Assembly: GCA_024640845.1 (NCBI GenBank)
Contig: JAHEEE010000007.1
Location: forward strand, 141 to 64,140
Direction: 5' to 3'
DNA from: Myxococcales bacterium
GTDB lineage: Bacteria > Myxococcota_A > Polyangia > Polyangiales > Houyiibacteriaceae
DNA length: 64,000 nucleotides
Shown: piece after piece, positions 18,383 through 27,216 of the stretch
How positions within the stretch are numbered: the stretch's first letter is position 1
Layout of the letters: each line of letters begins with the position of its first letter
Position numbers and translations under genes: made by a program
Notes under the pieces: model-generated
What the model was told of the DNA's origin: nothing
Databases searched by the model: none
The model's input: the letters and a program-made list of their open reading frames with translations, nothing else

Positions 18383-19144
18383 GTGACGATCGATCTCGCA
18401 TTTCTCCTCTTCGCTCTGGTCGTCGTCGCCGCCTATGCGGTTCAGACGGCGATCGGGTTCGGGAGCACCCTGATTTGTGTGACGTTCGGCGCTCAGCTGA
18501 TCGGGCTGCAGGAGGCGATCCATCTCGTCGTGCCGATCTCGTTTCTCCAAACGGGGTACATCGTCATCCGGCACCGGGACGGCATCGAGTGGAGACTTCT
18601 GCTGAGCCGTGTGCTGCCCCTGATGGGCCTGGGAATGGGGTTCGCGTTCCTCCTGCTCACGCGTGTCGGCGGTCCCTGGCTCGGCCTCGCGTTCGGCCTG
18701 ATGGTGCTGGCATTGTCGGCCCGCGACCTTTACGAGCTGCGCGCGGCGAGCCCCGTCGTGAACAAGCCGATCCAGCCTCTTGCTTCGGTCGCCGCCCTCT
18801 TCGGGGCCGGTATCGTCCACGGCATCTACGCGTCCGGCGGCCCCTTGCTCGTGTACGCAGTCGGCCGCGAGGGACTCTCCAAGAAGGCGTTCCGAAGCAC
18901 GCTCAGCATGGTCTGGATCCTGCTCAACTCGATCCTCGTGACCCGATTCGCGGTATCGGGAGACTACGACCGATCGGTCATCGTCGGCGTTTTGCTGCTG
19001 GTTCCCGCGGTACCGCTCGGGGTGCTGGTTGGAGAATGGGTGCACGATAAGGCCGACGAACAAGGCTTCAAGGTGGCAGTCTTGGTGCTTCTCATCGCAG
19101 CTGCAATCTCGATCATCGTGCGATATAGTGCGCAGCTCGCCTGA
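18383..19144 (+). CDS. Sulfite exporter TauE/SafE family protein
   Basis: About 8 hydrophobic segments; GFG..., GIYASGGP. Confidence 0.82.
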   Translation: MTIDLAFLLFALVVVAAYAVQTAIGFGSTLICVTFGAQLIGLQEAIHLVVPISFLQTGYIVIRHRDGIEWRLLLSRVLPLMGLGMGFAFLLLTRVGGPWLGLAFGLMVLALSARDLYELRAASPVVNKPIQPLASVAALFGAGIVHGIYASGGPLLVYAVGREGLSKKAFRSTLSMVWILLNSILVTRFAVSGDYDRSVIVGVLLLVPAVPLGVLVGEWVHDKADEQGFKVAVLVLLIAAAISIIVRYSAQLA

Positions 19145-19159
19145 CCCGGGAGAATTCGA

Positions 19160-20914
19160 ATGTATGACCTGAAAATCGTAGGCGGAACGATCGTCGATGG
19201 AACCGGGAACGACCGGTACACGGGGGACATCGGCATCAAGGATGGAACGATCGTTGCCGTTGGCACCGCGGACGAAGGCGCGAAGGAGACGCTCGACGCC
19301 AAGGGCGCGGTGGTCGCGCCGGGCTTCGTGGACATCCACACGCACTACGACGGGCAGATCAGTTGGGACGAGGAGCTGGCGCCCTCGTCGATCCACGGCG
19401 TGACGACATGCGCCATGGGAAGCTGCGGCGTTGGGTTCGCGCCCGTTCGCCCTTCGGACCACGACAAGCTGGTCGAGCTCATGGAAGGCGTCGAGGACAT
19501 CCCGGGCACGGCGCTTTCCGAAGGGATTAGCTGGGGATGGGAGAGCTTCCCCGAGTACATGGAGGTGCTCGATCGAATGCCTCACACGATCGACTTCATG
19601 GCTCACGTTCCGCACGACGCGCTGCGAGTGTACGTCATGGGTGAGCGCGCGGTTGCGGAGGAAGCGGCCACACCGGACGACATCATGCAGATGCGTCAGT
19701 TGCTTCGCGCCGCGCTCGAGGCCGGCGCTGCGGGCTTCAGCACTGGGAGAAGCGACAACCATCGAAGCGCCGTCGGCGATTGGACGCCGGCCTCCGAAGC
19801 CGACGGCAAAGAGCTCGCCGGGATCGCAGAGGCGTTCCAGGGCTTGAGTCACGGCGTCCTCCAAGCGGTGAGCGATTTCAACATCATGCACGGCGACGAG
19901 CACTTCGATGCCGAATGGGGGGTTCTCGAGGAGATGCTTGGCGCTGCCGGCGGGCGCCCGATGAGCGTTTCGACCATGCAGCGCGACCACAACCCAAACC
20001 AGTGGAAGTGGATTCTGGATCGGGCCGCCAAGGCCAACGAGAAGGGACACGAAGTGCGCTGCCAGGTCGGAGCGCGCGGCATCGGCGTCATGTTGGGGCT
20101 CCAAGCGACGTTCCACCCATTCATGGGGTTCCCGAGCTACAAGAAGATCAGCCAACTGCCGCTCGCCGAACGGGTCGCGGCGATGCGCGACCCCGAGCTT
20201 CGCGCGCAGATGATTCACGAGAAGAGCGATCCCGTCGCAGGTGATGGGAGCATGCTTCCGCCACTCGCGGACTACTTTCTATCGAATCTCGAGATGGTGG
20301 CGATGCGCCTCTTCCGTCTAGGCGAGAAGCCGAACTACGAGCCCTCGCCCACAGAGAGCTTCGGCGCTGCCGCGATGGCAAGCGGGGAGCCGGTCCTCGG
20401 GTTGATCTACGACGCCATGCTCGAGCAGGACGGAGAGGCCTTGCTCTACTTTCCGGTCTACAACTACACGGGCATGAGCCTCGACGCCGTGCACGAGATG
20501 CTCACGCACCCGCTCGCGCTTCCCGGCCTGAGCGACGGCGGTGCGCATGTCGGCACGATTTGCGACGCGAGCTTCACCACCTTCCTGATGACCCACTGGG
20601 CCCGCGACCGCGAGCGAGGACGCATCCCGCTCGAGCGCATCATTCAAATGCAAGCCGCCGATACAGCGCGCTTCATCGGCCTGAACGACCGTGGCTTGGT
20701 GAAGCCGGGGTTGCGCGCGGACCTCAACATCATCGACTTCGACAACCTGGAGCTCTTGCCGCCCACGATGCTGAAAGACCTGCCCGCAGGCGGCCAGCGC
20801 CTGATGCAGTACGCAAACGGCTATGTCGCTACACTCGTCCGAGGCGAGGCGATCGCTCGCAATGGCAAGCTGACCGGCGCGCGCCCTGGGCGCCTCGTAC
20901 GAGCAGGACGCTGA
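19160..20914 (+). CDS. N-acyl-D-amino-acid deacylase family amidohydrolase
   Basis: GGTIVDGTG, PGFVDIHTHYD, SDGGAH, GLRADLNIID. Confidence 0.9.
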   Translation: MYDLKIVGGTIVDGTGNDRYTGDIGIKDGTIVAVGTADEGAKETLDAKGAVVAPGFVDIHTHYDGQISWDEELAPSSIHGVTTCAMGSCGVGFAPVRPSDHDKLVELMEGVEDIPGTALSEGISWGWESFPEYMEVLDRMPHTIDFMAHVPHDALRVYVMGERAVAEEAATPDDIMQMRQLLRAALEAGAAGFSTGRSDNHRSAVGDWTPASEADGKELAGIAEAFQGLSHGVLQAVSDFNIMHGDEHFDAEWGVLEEMLGAAGGRPMSVSTMQRDHNPNQWKWILDRAAKANEKGHEVRCQVGARGIGVMLGLQATFHPFMGFPSYKKISQLPLAERVAAMRDPELRAQMIHEKSDPVAGDGSMLPPLADYFLSNLEMVAMRLFRLGEKPNYEPSPTESFGAAAMASGEPVLGLIYDAMLEQDGEALLYFPVYNYTGMSLDAVHEMLTHPLALPGLSDGGAHVGTICDASFTTFLMTHWARDRERGRIPLERIIQMQAADTARFIGLNDRGLVKPGLRADLNIIDFDNLELLPPTMLKDLPAGGQRLMQYANGYVATLVRGEAIARNGKLTGARPGRLVRAGR

Positions 20915-20923
20915 GCCCCCGAC

Positions 20924-21607
20924 ATGGACCGGATGGCACCCACTTTTCTTTTCATCGCAGCCTTGTTGTGCATGTCCTGCAGCGAAAGCAGCGCGGCGCC
21001 TGACGGCGGGATGGACGGCTCGATCGAACCGGACAGCGGCGAGCCCACCCTGACGTGCAACGGACACGAAGGTCTCGGTGAGATCGAAGGGTTCCTCGCC
21101 GACAATCCGAACGAGGTGGTTTCGATCATTTTCGAGAACTACATCACGCACGCTCAGACGGCGAGCACATTCGAGTCCAGCGGTTTGATCGACTACGTGT
21201 ACGCGCACGAGGCAGGGGAGCCCTGGCCGACGCTCGGTGCCCTGATCGATGCCGGAACGCGTTTGCTCGTTTTCCAAGAGAAGCTTCCTGAGGAAGCCGA
21301 GTACCCCTGGCTGATGCGCATCTGGGACCACGCGTGGGAGACGCCGTTTTCGGCTGCTACGCCGGAAGACCTCTCATGCGACGTCGGTCGCGGCAATCCG
21401 GAAAATCCGCTCTTCCTTCTCAACCATTTTCTCACCGGGCTCGGCGGAGATCCTGCGTTGGCGGAGATGGTCAACTACAACCCCTTCTTCATCGACCGTG
21501 CCCGAGAATGCGAAGACATGGACAGTGCGCTGCCGAACTTCGTCGCGGTCGATTTCTACGACATCGGCGACCTATTCGAGGTCGTCGACGCGCTGAATGG
21601 CGTTTGA
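20924..21607 (+). CDS. PI-PLC X-domain-like lipoprotein, apparently internally deleted (possible pseudogene)
   Basis: Lipobox-like CMSC; CNGH directly followed by EGLGEIEGFLADNPNEVVSIIFE; C-terminal LNHFL, PNFVAVDFY; the HN-containing segment usual in this family appears absent. Confidence 0.6.
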   Translation: MDRMAPTFLFIAALLCMSCSESSAAPDGGMDGSIEPDSGEPTLTCNGHEGLGEIEGFLADNPNEVVSIIFENYITHAQTASTFESSGLIDYVYAHEAGEPWPTLGALIDAGTRLLVFQEKLPEEAEYPWLMRIWDHAWETPFSAATPEDLSCDVGRGNPENPLFLLNHFLTGLGGDPALAEMVNYNPFFIDRARECEDMDSALPNFVAVDFYDIGDLFEVVDALNGV

Positions 21608-22744
21608 CTACTGCCCCGGAACACCGTCGATACCCGGCTTGAAGCGGAAGACGTAGTACGGGGCCATCTCTTTCATGTGAGCCTTTGACCGCAGCATTTG
21701 ATCGGGGATCGCGCTGTCGGCCACGTAGAGCCACCCGTCGGGTCCATAGCTGAGCGCGTCTGCCCATCGAACCCGTGGGCTCGTGACCAAGGTCGTGAGC
21801 TCGCCCTGCGGGCTCATGCGCACGACGGATCGGTGCTCGACGTCGGTGATGAGAAGATTGCCCTCGCTATCTGTGCTCAGCCCGTCGTTTAGCGGCTTCT
21901 CGCCGACCGGTTCGACACGGGCGGCGAGCGCACCTGGGCTCAACGACGCATCGAGGAGGTCGGCGACCTTCACGCGAAACATCGTGTCGTGCGCCATTGC
22001 TCCGTAATAGATCCATTCGTCGCTGCGATCGATAGCGATGCCATCAACACCTGGTTTGAGCACGACGAGCCCACCAAAGAACTTCATGTCTTTCGTTGGG
22101 TTCCGTATCAACCAGTCTTGAGGCGATACCGACTCGTCTCCGTCGAGCACCCTGCGCGCGCTCTTCGCTTCTACGTCGTAAATGACGAGTCCGGGGTTTT
22201 TTCGCCAGAAGCTGACATCGGCGATGAACACGTGCTTGCCCGTCGAGTCCACCTGAAGGTCCTGCAAGAACGAGCCGAGCTCTGCGACCGACGAATCGAG
22301 CTCGTGATCGTGCACGACGGCGCCGGTCTCGAGGTCGAACGCTGACAACCGCGGCGTGCCTGTACCGTGGTTGCCGTGATCGATGACCCAAAGTCGATGC
22401 TGCTGGTCGACCACCACGCCGAGTGGTGTCTCGAACAACGCCTGCGCCTCCTCGCTGGGGAACGCCGTGGGCACCCCGTCGACCCACTCGAGGAGCTTTG
22501 CTCCTTTCGGTCGGCTCTCCGGGTGAATCGTGTAGAAGATCCGACCGTTGGCAGACACGGCGACATTGCCGATTGGCTCGGGGCTGGTCACGACGACCTC
22601 CAAAGCGCTCTCCTCCAAAACGGGCGTACCGCTCAGGTTCGGGTAAGGCTGGCCCCCGCCGTAGCGGCCGTAGAGGACCACCGCCAGCACGGCGACGATC
22701 GCGGCGAATGAAAACACCAGGCGCATCAGAACGAGGCGAAGCAT
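21608..22744 (-). CDS. Major royal jelly protein / L-dopachrome tautomerase-related beta-propeller
   Basis: GNVAVSANGRIF, VDQQHRLWVIDHG, FLQDLQVD, DGLSTD, WADALS. Confidence 0.85.
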   Translation of the reverse strand: MLRLVLMRLVFSFAAIVAVLAVVLYGRYGGGQPYPNLSGTPVLEESALEVVVTSPEPIGNVAVSANGRIFYTIHPESRPKGAKLLEWVDGVPTAFPSEEAQALFETPLGVVVDQQHRLWVIDHGNHGTGTPRLSAFDLETGAVVHDHELDSSVAELGSFLQDLQVDSTGKHVFIADVSFWRKNPGLVIYDVEAKSARRVLDGDESVSPQDWLIRNPTKDMKFFGGLVVLKPGVDGIAIDRSDEWIYYGAMAHDTMFRVKVADLLDASLSPGALAARVEPVGEKPLNDGLSTDSEGNLLITDVEHRSVVRMSPQGELTTLVTSPRVRWADALSYGPDGWLYVADSAIPDQMLRSKAHMKEMAPYYVFRFKPGIDGVPGQ

Positions 22745-22848
22745 CGGTCGACGCTAGCATGGCGGCACTGAGCACGACACTCGCGTGGGCGTCGGTACAT
22801 GCTCACGCTGCTTGACAGGCTGCGGTGTTGAGGGGCACGTTCACTCGA

Positions 22849-23502
22849 ATGAATCAGGCACTCCCTTTCGTGCTTTGCTTGTGTGTTCTCTCTCCGTCTG
22901 CGGCCGGCGCTGAAGAGCGGCAGGAGCAACCGCAGAGCGAAGAACAATGGCTCAAAGCGCTTCGCGGAAGCGATACCTATAGAGAGGGGCGTGACAATGT
23001 CAGCCGATTCGTCGACCAGGCCTACGACCTTGGCGCTATTGCCGGCGCATCTCATTGGGAGGATATGAACGAGTACTACGCCGGGCTCGCTCGAGCGAAG
23101 GGCTGTGAGACGGGCAAGCCCTTTGCGGACGGGCCGGTCAAAGCATGCCATCGTATGGAAGGCCCCGAGCCAAAGCTCGTCGGGCGCGACCACGCTGAGG
23201 GCCTGGCCAAGGCCGTTGCGCTTGCCGAGGAGACCTCGTACCCCGACCGCATCGAGCCGGTGCTCGTCCTGCTCTACGACTACGGATACATTCAAGGCTT
23301 GAAGCACGGCATTCGCATCAACGACGAGAGCATCCGCCTCAGGCAGACCTACTTCCGGGCTTGCATGGCGCGGGCGAACGGCGGTAAGGGAGAACCGGCT
23401 TGCGCCGAGGGCGCCAAGACGTGGACCGCCAAGCTCCTCGATCGCATCCATCAACGCGTCGAAACGCACGCGCTGCCAGCGCGGAGCAAGCCGGCGCGCT
23501 GA
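22849..23502 (+). CDS. Hypothetical secreted protein
   Basis: Signal-peptide-like N-terminus (MNQALPFVLCLCVLSPSAAGAE); fills the gap between genes; no family recognised. Confidence 0.7.
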   Translation: MNQALPFVLCLCVLSPSAAGAEERQEQPQSEEQWLKALRGSDTYREGRDNVSRFVDQAYDLGAIAGASHWEDMNEYYAGLARAKGCETGKPFADGPVKACHRMEGPEPKLVGRDHAEGLAKAVALAEETSYPDRIEPVLVLLYDYGYIQGLKHGIRINDESIRLRQTYFRACMARANGGKGEPACAEGAKTWTAKLLDRIHQRVETHALPARSKPAR

Positions 23503-23546
23503 TCGGGTCGGTCATGTAGCCAGCGCCCCCGAGGCTCGCCTCCAGC

Positions 23547-24398
23547 TCAGCGCAGCATTCTCGGAGTGCTTGGGTCAGGTTCGACGCTCGCCGGTTCGTG
23601 CCGCCGGACGTGCTCGCGGAGCGCCGCGTTGAGCTCGGCCGCTTTTTGGAACGTCACTCCGTGCCCTGCGTCGTCGAATCGCAGAACCTCTGCATTCGGG
23701 ATACGCGCCGCCAGCCGGTCCGTCTGGCTCGGACGGATCAAGATGTCCAGGCCTGGCCGCACGAGAAGCGTCGGTGTCTGGATCTGCGACAAGCGCGACT
23801 CGGTCGAGTGGCGCATGACTGCGTAGAGTTGACCTAGCACTGTCCGGAGCTTTGGAGGGCGGCCGAGGCGCAAGTCGAGATGGTCGCGAAGGCCGCTCCC
23901 CATCGATTGAACGAATGCGTCCGAATAGAGCAGCCGCGGAAGCGTCTTCAGACGTGCTTCCCTGCCAGCGAAGAGCCCCTTCAAGAACAGCCACATGCCC
24001 TTCGCGGTTGGCATCGAGGCAATTGGGGCGCCGCCATGCGTCGCCACGAGCGTCAGGCTCTGCAGTCGGTCCTGAGAGCGCAGCGCCAGCTCCTGCGCAA
24101 TCATGCCGCCCATCGAGACGCCCACGATGTGAGCGCGGTCCCACGCGAGGTCGTCCATGATTCGAAGGGCGTCGTCGGCCATCGCCGGAATTGTTCGGAG
24201 AAACGGCCCGCGATCGCTGCCACCAACACCGAGGTGATCGTAGTGACAACAGCGGTGGTCTCGCTGAAGGTCGTCGACCTGCGGGCCCCAAACGATCCCG
24301 GGCATCCCAAAACCCATGATGAAGAGGATCGGGGGGCCTTGGGTGCCGAACGACTGATAGGCGAGACGGGGGTAGGATTCTGTGCGGGCTGCTTTCAT
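23547..24398 (-). CDS. Alpha/beta fold hydrolase
   Basis: YDHLGVGGS, VGVSMGG nucleophile elbow, AGHG. Confidence 0.9.
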   Translation of the reverse strand: MKAARTESYPRLAYQSFGTQGPPILFIMGFGMPGIVWGPQVDDLQRDHRCCHYDHLGVGGSDRGPFLRTIPAMADDALRIMDDLAWDRAHIVGVSMGGMIAQELALRSQDRLQSLTLVATHGGAPIASMPTAKGMWLFLKGLFAGREARLKTLPRLLYSDAFVQSMGSGLRDHLDLRLGRPPKLRTVLGQLYAVMRHSTESRLSQIQTPTLLVRPGLDILIRPSQTDRLAARIPNAEVLRFDDAGHGVTFQKAAELNAALREHVRRHEPASVEPDPSTPRMLR

Positions 24399-24641
24399 TT
24401 CGACGCTGGCACTGGCATTGGCACCAACACTATCACTACTCCTTCAGCGGGCCGATGAAACGCCCCGAGCCAGCTCATGGCGGATGCGACGGTCGTTGTG
24501 CACGGTGCCGCCGTCCTTCGAGGGGCCGCGCAGCAGTGGCCTGATATTGAATGCGATTTTCAACGTCAGCCCTTTTCGGCGTTTGAAGCGCTGAACCCTC
24601 TGCCTTTCTCGGCACAATTTCGAGCTATCCTGAGCGCCACG

Positions 24642-26048
24642 ATGCCGACGAGCTTCTTCAACGATGTAAATCACTATTTCGACGCGGCCTGCCGCCATAC
24701 CGACGTGCGGCCCGATATCTTGTCTCAGATCCGTGCCGTCAACGCGGTCTATCGAATCCGATTCCCGGTTCGTCGGGACGACGGGGAGGTGGAGGTCGTC
24801 GAGGGGTACCGCGCCGAGCACAGCCATCACCGGCTACCAACGAAGGGCGGCATCCGATACGCGCTAGACGTGTCACAAGACGAGGTCATGGCTCTGTCGG
24901 CGCTGATGACCTACAAGTGCGCCGTCGTGGACGTGCCCTTTGGTGGCGCCAAAGGCGGCGTCGTGGTCGACCCGCGCAACGAATCGGCAAGCTTTCTCGA
25001 GCGCGTCACTCGCCGCTATGCGAGCGAGCTCATTCGCAAACGCTTCATTGGGCCGGACGTCGATGTTCCCGCTCCGGACGTGGGAACTGGCGAGCGTGAG
25101 ATGGGTTGGATTTACGATACGTACAAGGTGTACGGACCAGATACCCTGAACGCGCTTGCTAGCGTGACGGGCAAGGCGCTCGGCGTTCACGGGATTAGTG
25201 GGCGGCGAGAAGCAACGGGTCTCGGCGCGGTGATTGCCCTCGAGCATCTCCTGTCCGAACCGGAAGACCTCAAGCCCCTCGGTCTGCAGACCGGGGTTGC
25301 GGGCAAACGGATCATCGTCCCCGGCCTAGGCAAGGTTGGCCTTCACGCTGCTCGAGCGGCGGTCGAGCGAGACGCGATCGTCGTCGGCGTGTCGGTGAGT
25401 GACGGCGCCCTCTACGACGCGGGCGGACTCGACATCGAGGCCGTGCTCCTCCACCGAGCTGAAGCCGGATCGCTCCGCGATTTCCCCGGCGCGCGGTTCA
25501 TCGCCGACCCGGACCTCATCCTCGAAGAGCCCTGCGACGTGTTGATTCCGTCCGCCCTCCAACACCAAATCACGGCGGCAAACGCGTCGAAGCTGCAAGC
25601 CAAAATCATCGTCGAAGCTGCGAACGGGCCCGTCGACCCCGAGGCCGACGCGATCTTGCGCGAGGCCGGGGTCGTAGTGCTCCCCGACATCTATGCCAAC
25701 GCCGGCGGTGTAGTCGTCTCGTACTTCGAGTGGATCAAGAACCTCCAACACGTGAGCTTCGAGCGGATGACGCGCCGCTACCAGCAAATCGCGAACAACC
25801 GCTTGATCGACCTGATCACCCGGCTCACCGGAAAGTCACTGCCACCCGGCGACGCCGCCCTGTTTCTGCAGCCCCCTACCGAGATCGACTTCGTTCGAAC
25901 CGCGCTCGACAATACGATGGCCATTTCGTACGAGCAGATCCGAGACTCATGGAAGCAAAGATCACTCCCGGACTTGAGGACCTCAGCATACATCACCGCA
26001 ATCGAAAGCGTCGCCAACGCCTACGCCCTCGACGGCATTTACCCCTAG
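24642..26048 (+). CDS. Glu/Leu/Phe/Val dehydrogenase (NAD(P)-glutamate dehydrogenase)
   Basis: PTKGGIRY, FGGAKGG, DVPAPDVGT, VTGK, EAANGP, NAGGVVVSYFEW; start trimmed to MPTSFF. Confidence 0.92.
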   Translation: MPTSFFNDVNHYFDAACRHTDVRPDILSQIRAVNAVYRIRFPVRRDDGEVEVVEGYRAEHSHHRLPTKGGIRYALDVSQDEVMALSALMTYKCAVVDVPFGGAKGGVVVDPRNESASFLERVTRRYASELIRKRFIGPDVDVPAPDVGTGEREMGWIYDTYKVYGPDTLNALASVTGKALGVHGISGRREATGLGAVIALEHLLSEPEDLKPLGLQTGVAGKRIIVPGLGKVGLHAARAAVERDAIVVGVSVSDGALYDAGGLDIEAVLLHRAEAGSLRDFPGARFIADPDLILEEPCDVLIPSALQHQITAANASKLQAKIIVEAANGPVDPEADAILREAGVVVLPDIYANAGGVVVSYFEWIKNLQHVSFERMTRRYQQIANNRLIDLITRLTGKSLPPGDAALFLQPPTEIDFVRTALDNTMAISYEQIRDSWKQRSLPDLRTSAYITAIESVANAYALDGIYP

Positions 26049-26049
26049 A

Positions 26050-26179
26050 GGGTTTAGTCGGTCATATCCGCCCGCCCACCCCCACCGCGTAGTCCTCCCT
26101 CCGCGGCGTTCGCTCTGCTCCGCCGTGGCGGCGCGCTCGCGCCGGGCTTCGCCGTTCCGGCTCGCGCTACCGCGCATGT
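26050..26179. repeat. REP-like dispersed palindromic element, copy A
   Basis: Core 26126-26179 shares identical blocks of 9+17+10+10 nt with 46680-46732; GGCTTCGCC hairpin; lies between convergent genes. Confidence 0.75.
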
Positions 26180-27090
26180 CTTGCAGCGTCAGCGAAGTGT
26201 GACTGCAAGAACTCGCCGATCTCTGCGGCCGCTTCGTCTGACTCCTTCAGCAAGCCCGCGTGGATCTGGAACTCATGCCACATCCCCTCGAAGACTTTGA
26301 GGGTCACATCCACCCCCGCCTCTCGGCAGCGCTCGGCGAGTCGCGTCGAATCGTCGAAAAGCACCTCGTCTGTCCCGACGTGGATGAGGATCGGGGGCAA
26401 GCGCTCATGGTTGGCGAAGAGTGGTGAACACGCGGGATCGTCTGGGGCCCTTCCACCCAAGTAGAGGCTTGCGCATAGGTGGAACCAGCTCGGTCGGATC
26501 ATCGGATCCTTGCGCGCGTTCTGCCTCATCGATGGATAGTCACCGCTCAGGTCGACGCCGGGTGACAAGAGCACGATGGACGCCGGAAGCGGCAGGCCGG
26601 AATCGCGCACTGCAACGGCCGTCGCGAGCGCGAGCCCGGCGCCGGCGGAGTCACCCGCCAACGCGATTTGCCCGGGTCGGATCCCCTGGTCGAGCAACCA
26701 GCGATAGGCAAGCATGGCATCTTCGAGTGCCGCAGGGTGCGGATGCTCGGGCGCCAATCGATAGTTGGGCGAATAGACGACTGCATCCGCTTCTACTGCA
26801 AGATGCGTGATTAGACCGCGATACGTCTGCCAACTTCCGATGCAGTACGCGCCCCCGTGAAGGTAGAGTACCGCGCGGCTTGCCTCGCTCGATCTTGGCC
26901 ACGCGCGCACCGCGGACATGCCCTCGATTTCGAGGGTCGACGTCGAGGCAGCCCTGGACACCGGATTCGCACTCGAGACCAGTCGCACCCAGAACCGCTG
27001 AAACCCGATCGAAAACGGTGGCCCGAGAAAGGGCTTGAGCAGGATGCGGAGGACCGTGCGGAGTAGTCCGGCCGGAAGTCGAATCGCCAT
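26167..27090 (-). CDS. Alpha/beta hydrolase (HSL/Aes-like esterase)
   Basis: LHGGAY, YRLAPEH, GDSAG, GMWH. Confidence 0.92.
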   Translation of the reverse strand: MAIRLPAGLLRTVLRILLKPFLGPPFSIGFQRFWVRLVSSANPVSRAASTSTLEIEGMSAVRAWPRSSEASRAVLYLHGGAYCIGSWQTYRGLITHLAVEADAVVYSPNYRLAPEHPHPAALEDAMLAYRWLLDQGIRPGQIALAGDSAGAGLALATAVAVRDSGLPLPASIVLLSPGVDLSGDYPSMRQNARKDPMIRPSWFHLCASLYLGGRAPDDPACSPLFANHERLPPILIHVGTDEVLFDDSTRLAERCREAGVDVTLKVFEGMWHEFQIHAGLLKESDEAAAEIGEFLQSHFADAARHAR

Positions 27091-27216
27091 CCGGTCCCAT
27101 ATAGCGTGAAACAACCGCTAGCGTCAGCGTCAGCCCGTAAAGCCAATGCTTCGCGTCGCCCACGGGCCTTCGCCGCGGAGCCCCGTCGTGACGAAGTCAC
27201 TCTACGGGGTCAGCGC

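Noticed and set aside
24444-24830. 128-aa minus-strand ORF upstream of the alpha/beta hydrolase
   Set aside because: Its 5' half overlaps the GDH gene antisense and the rest has no motif
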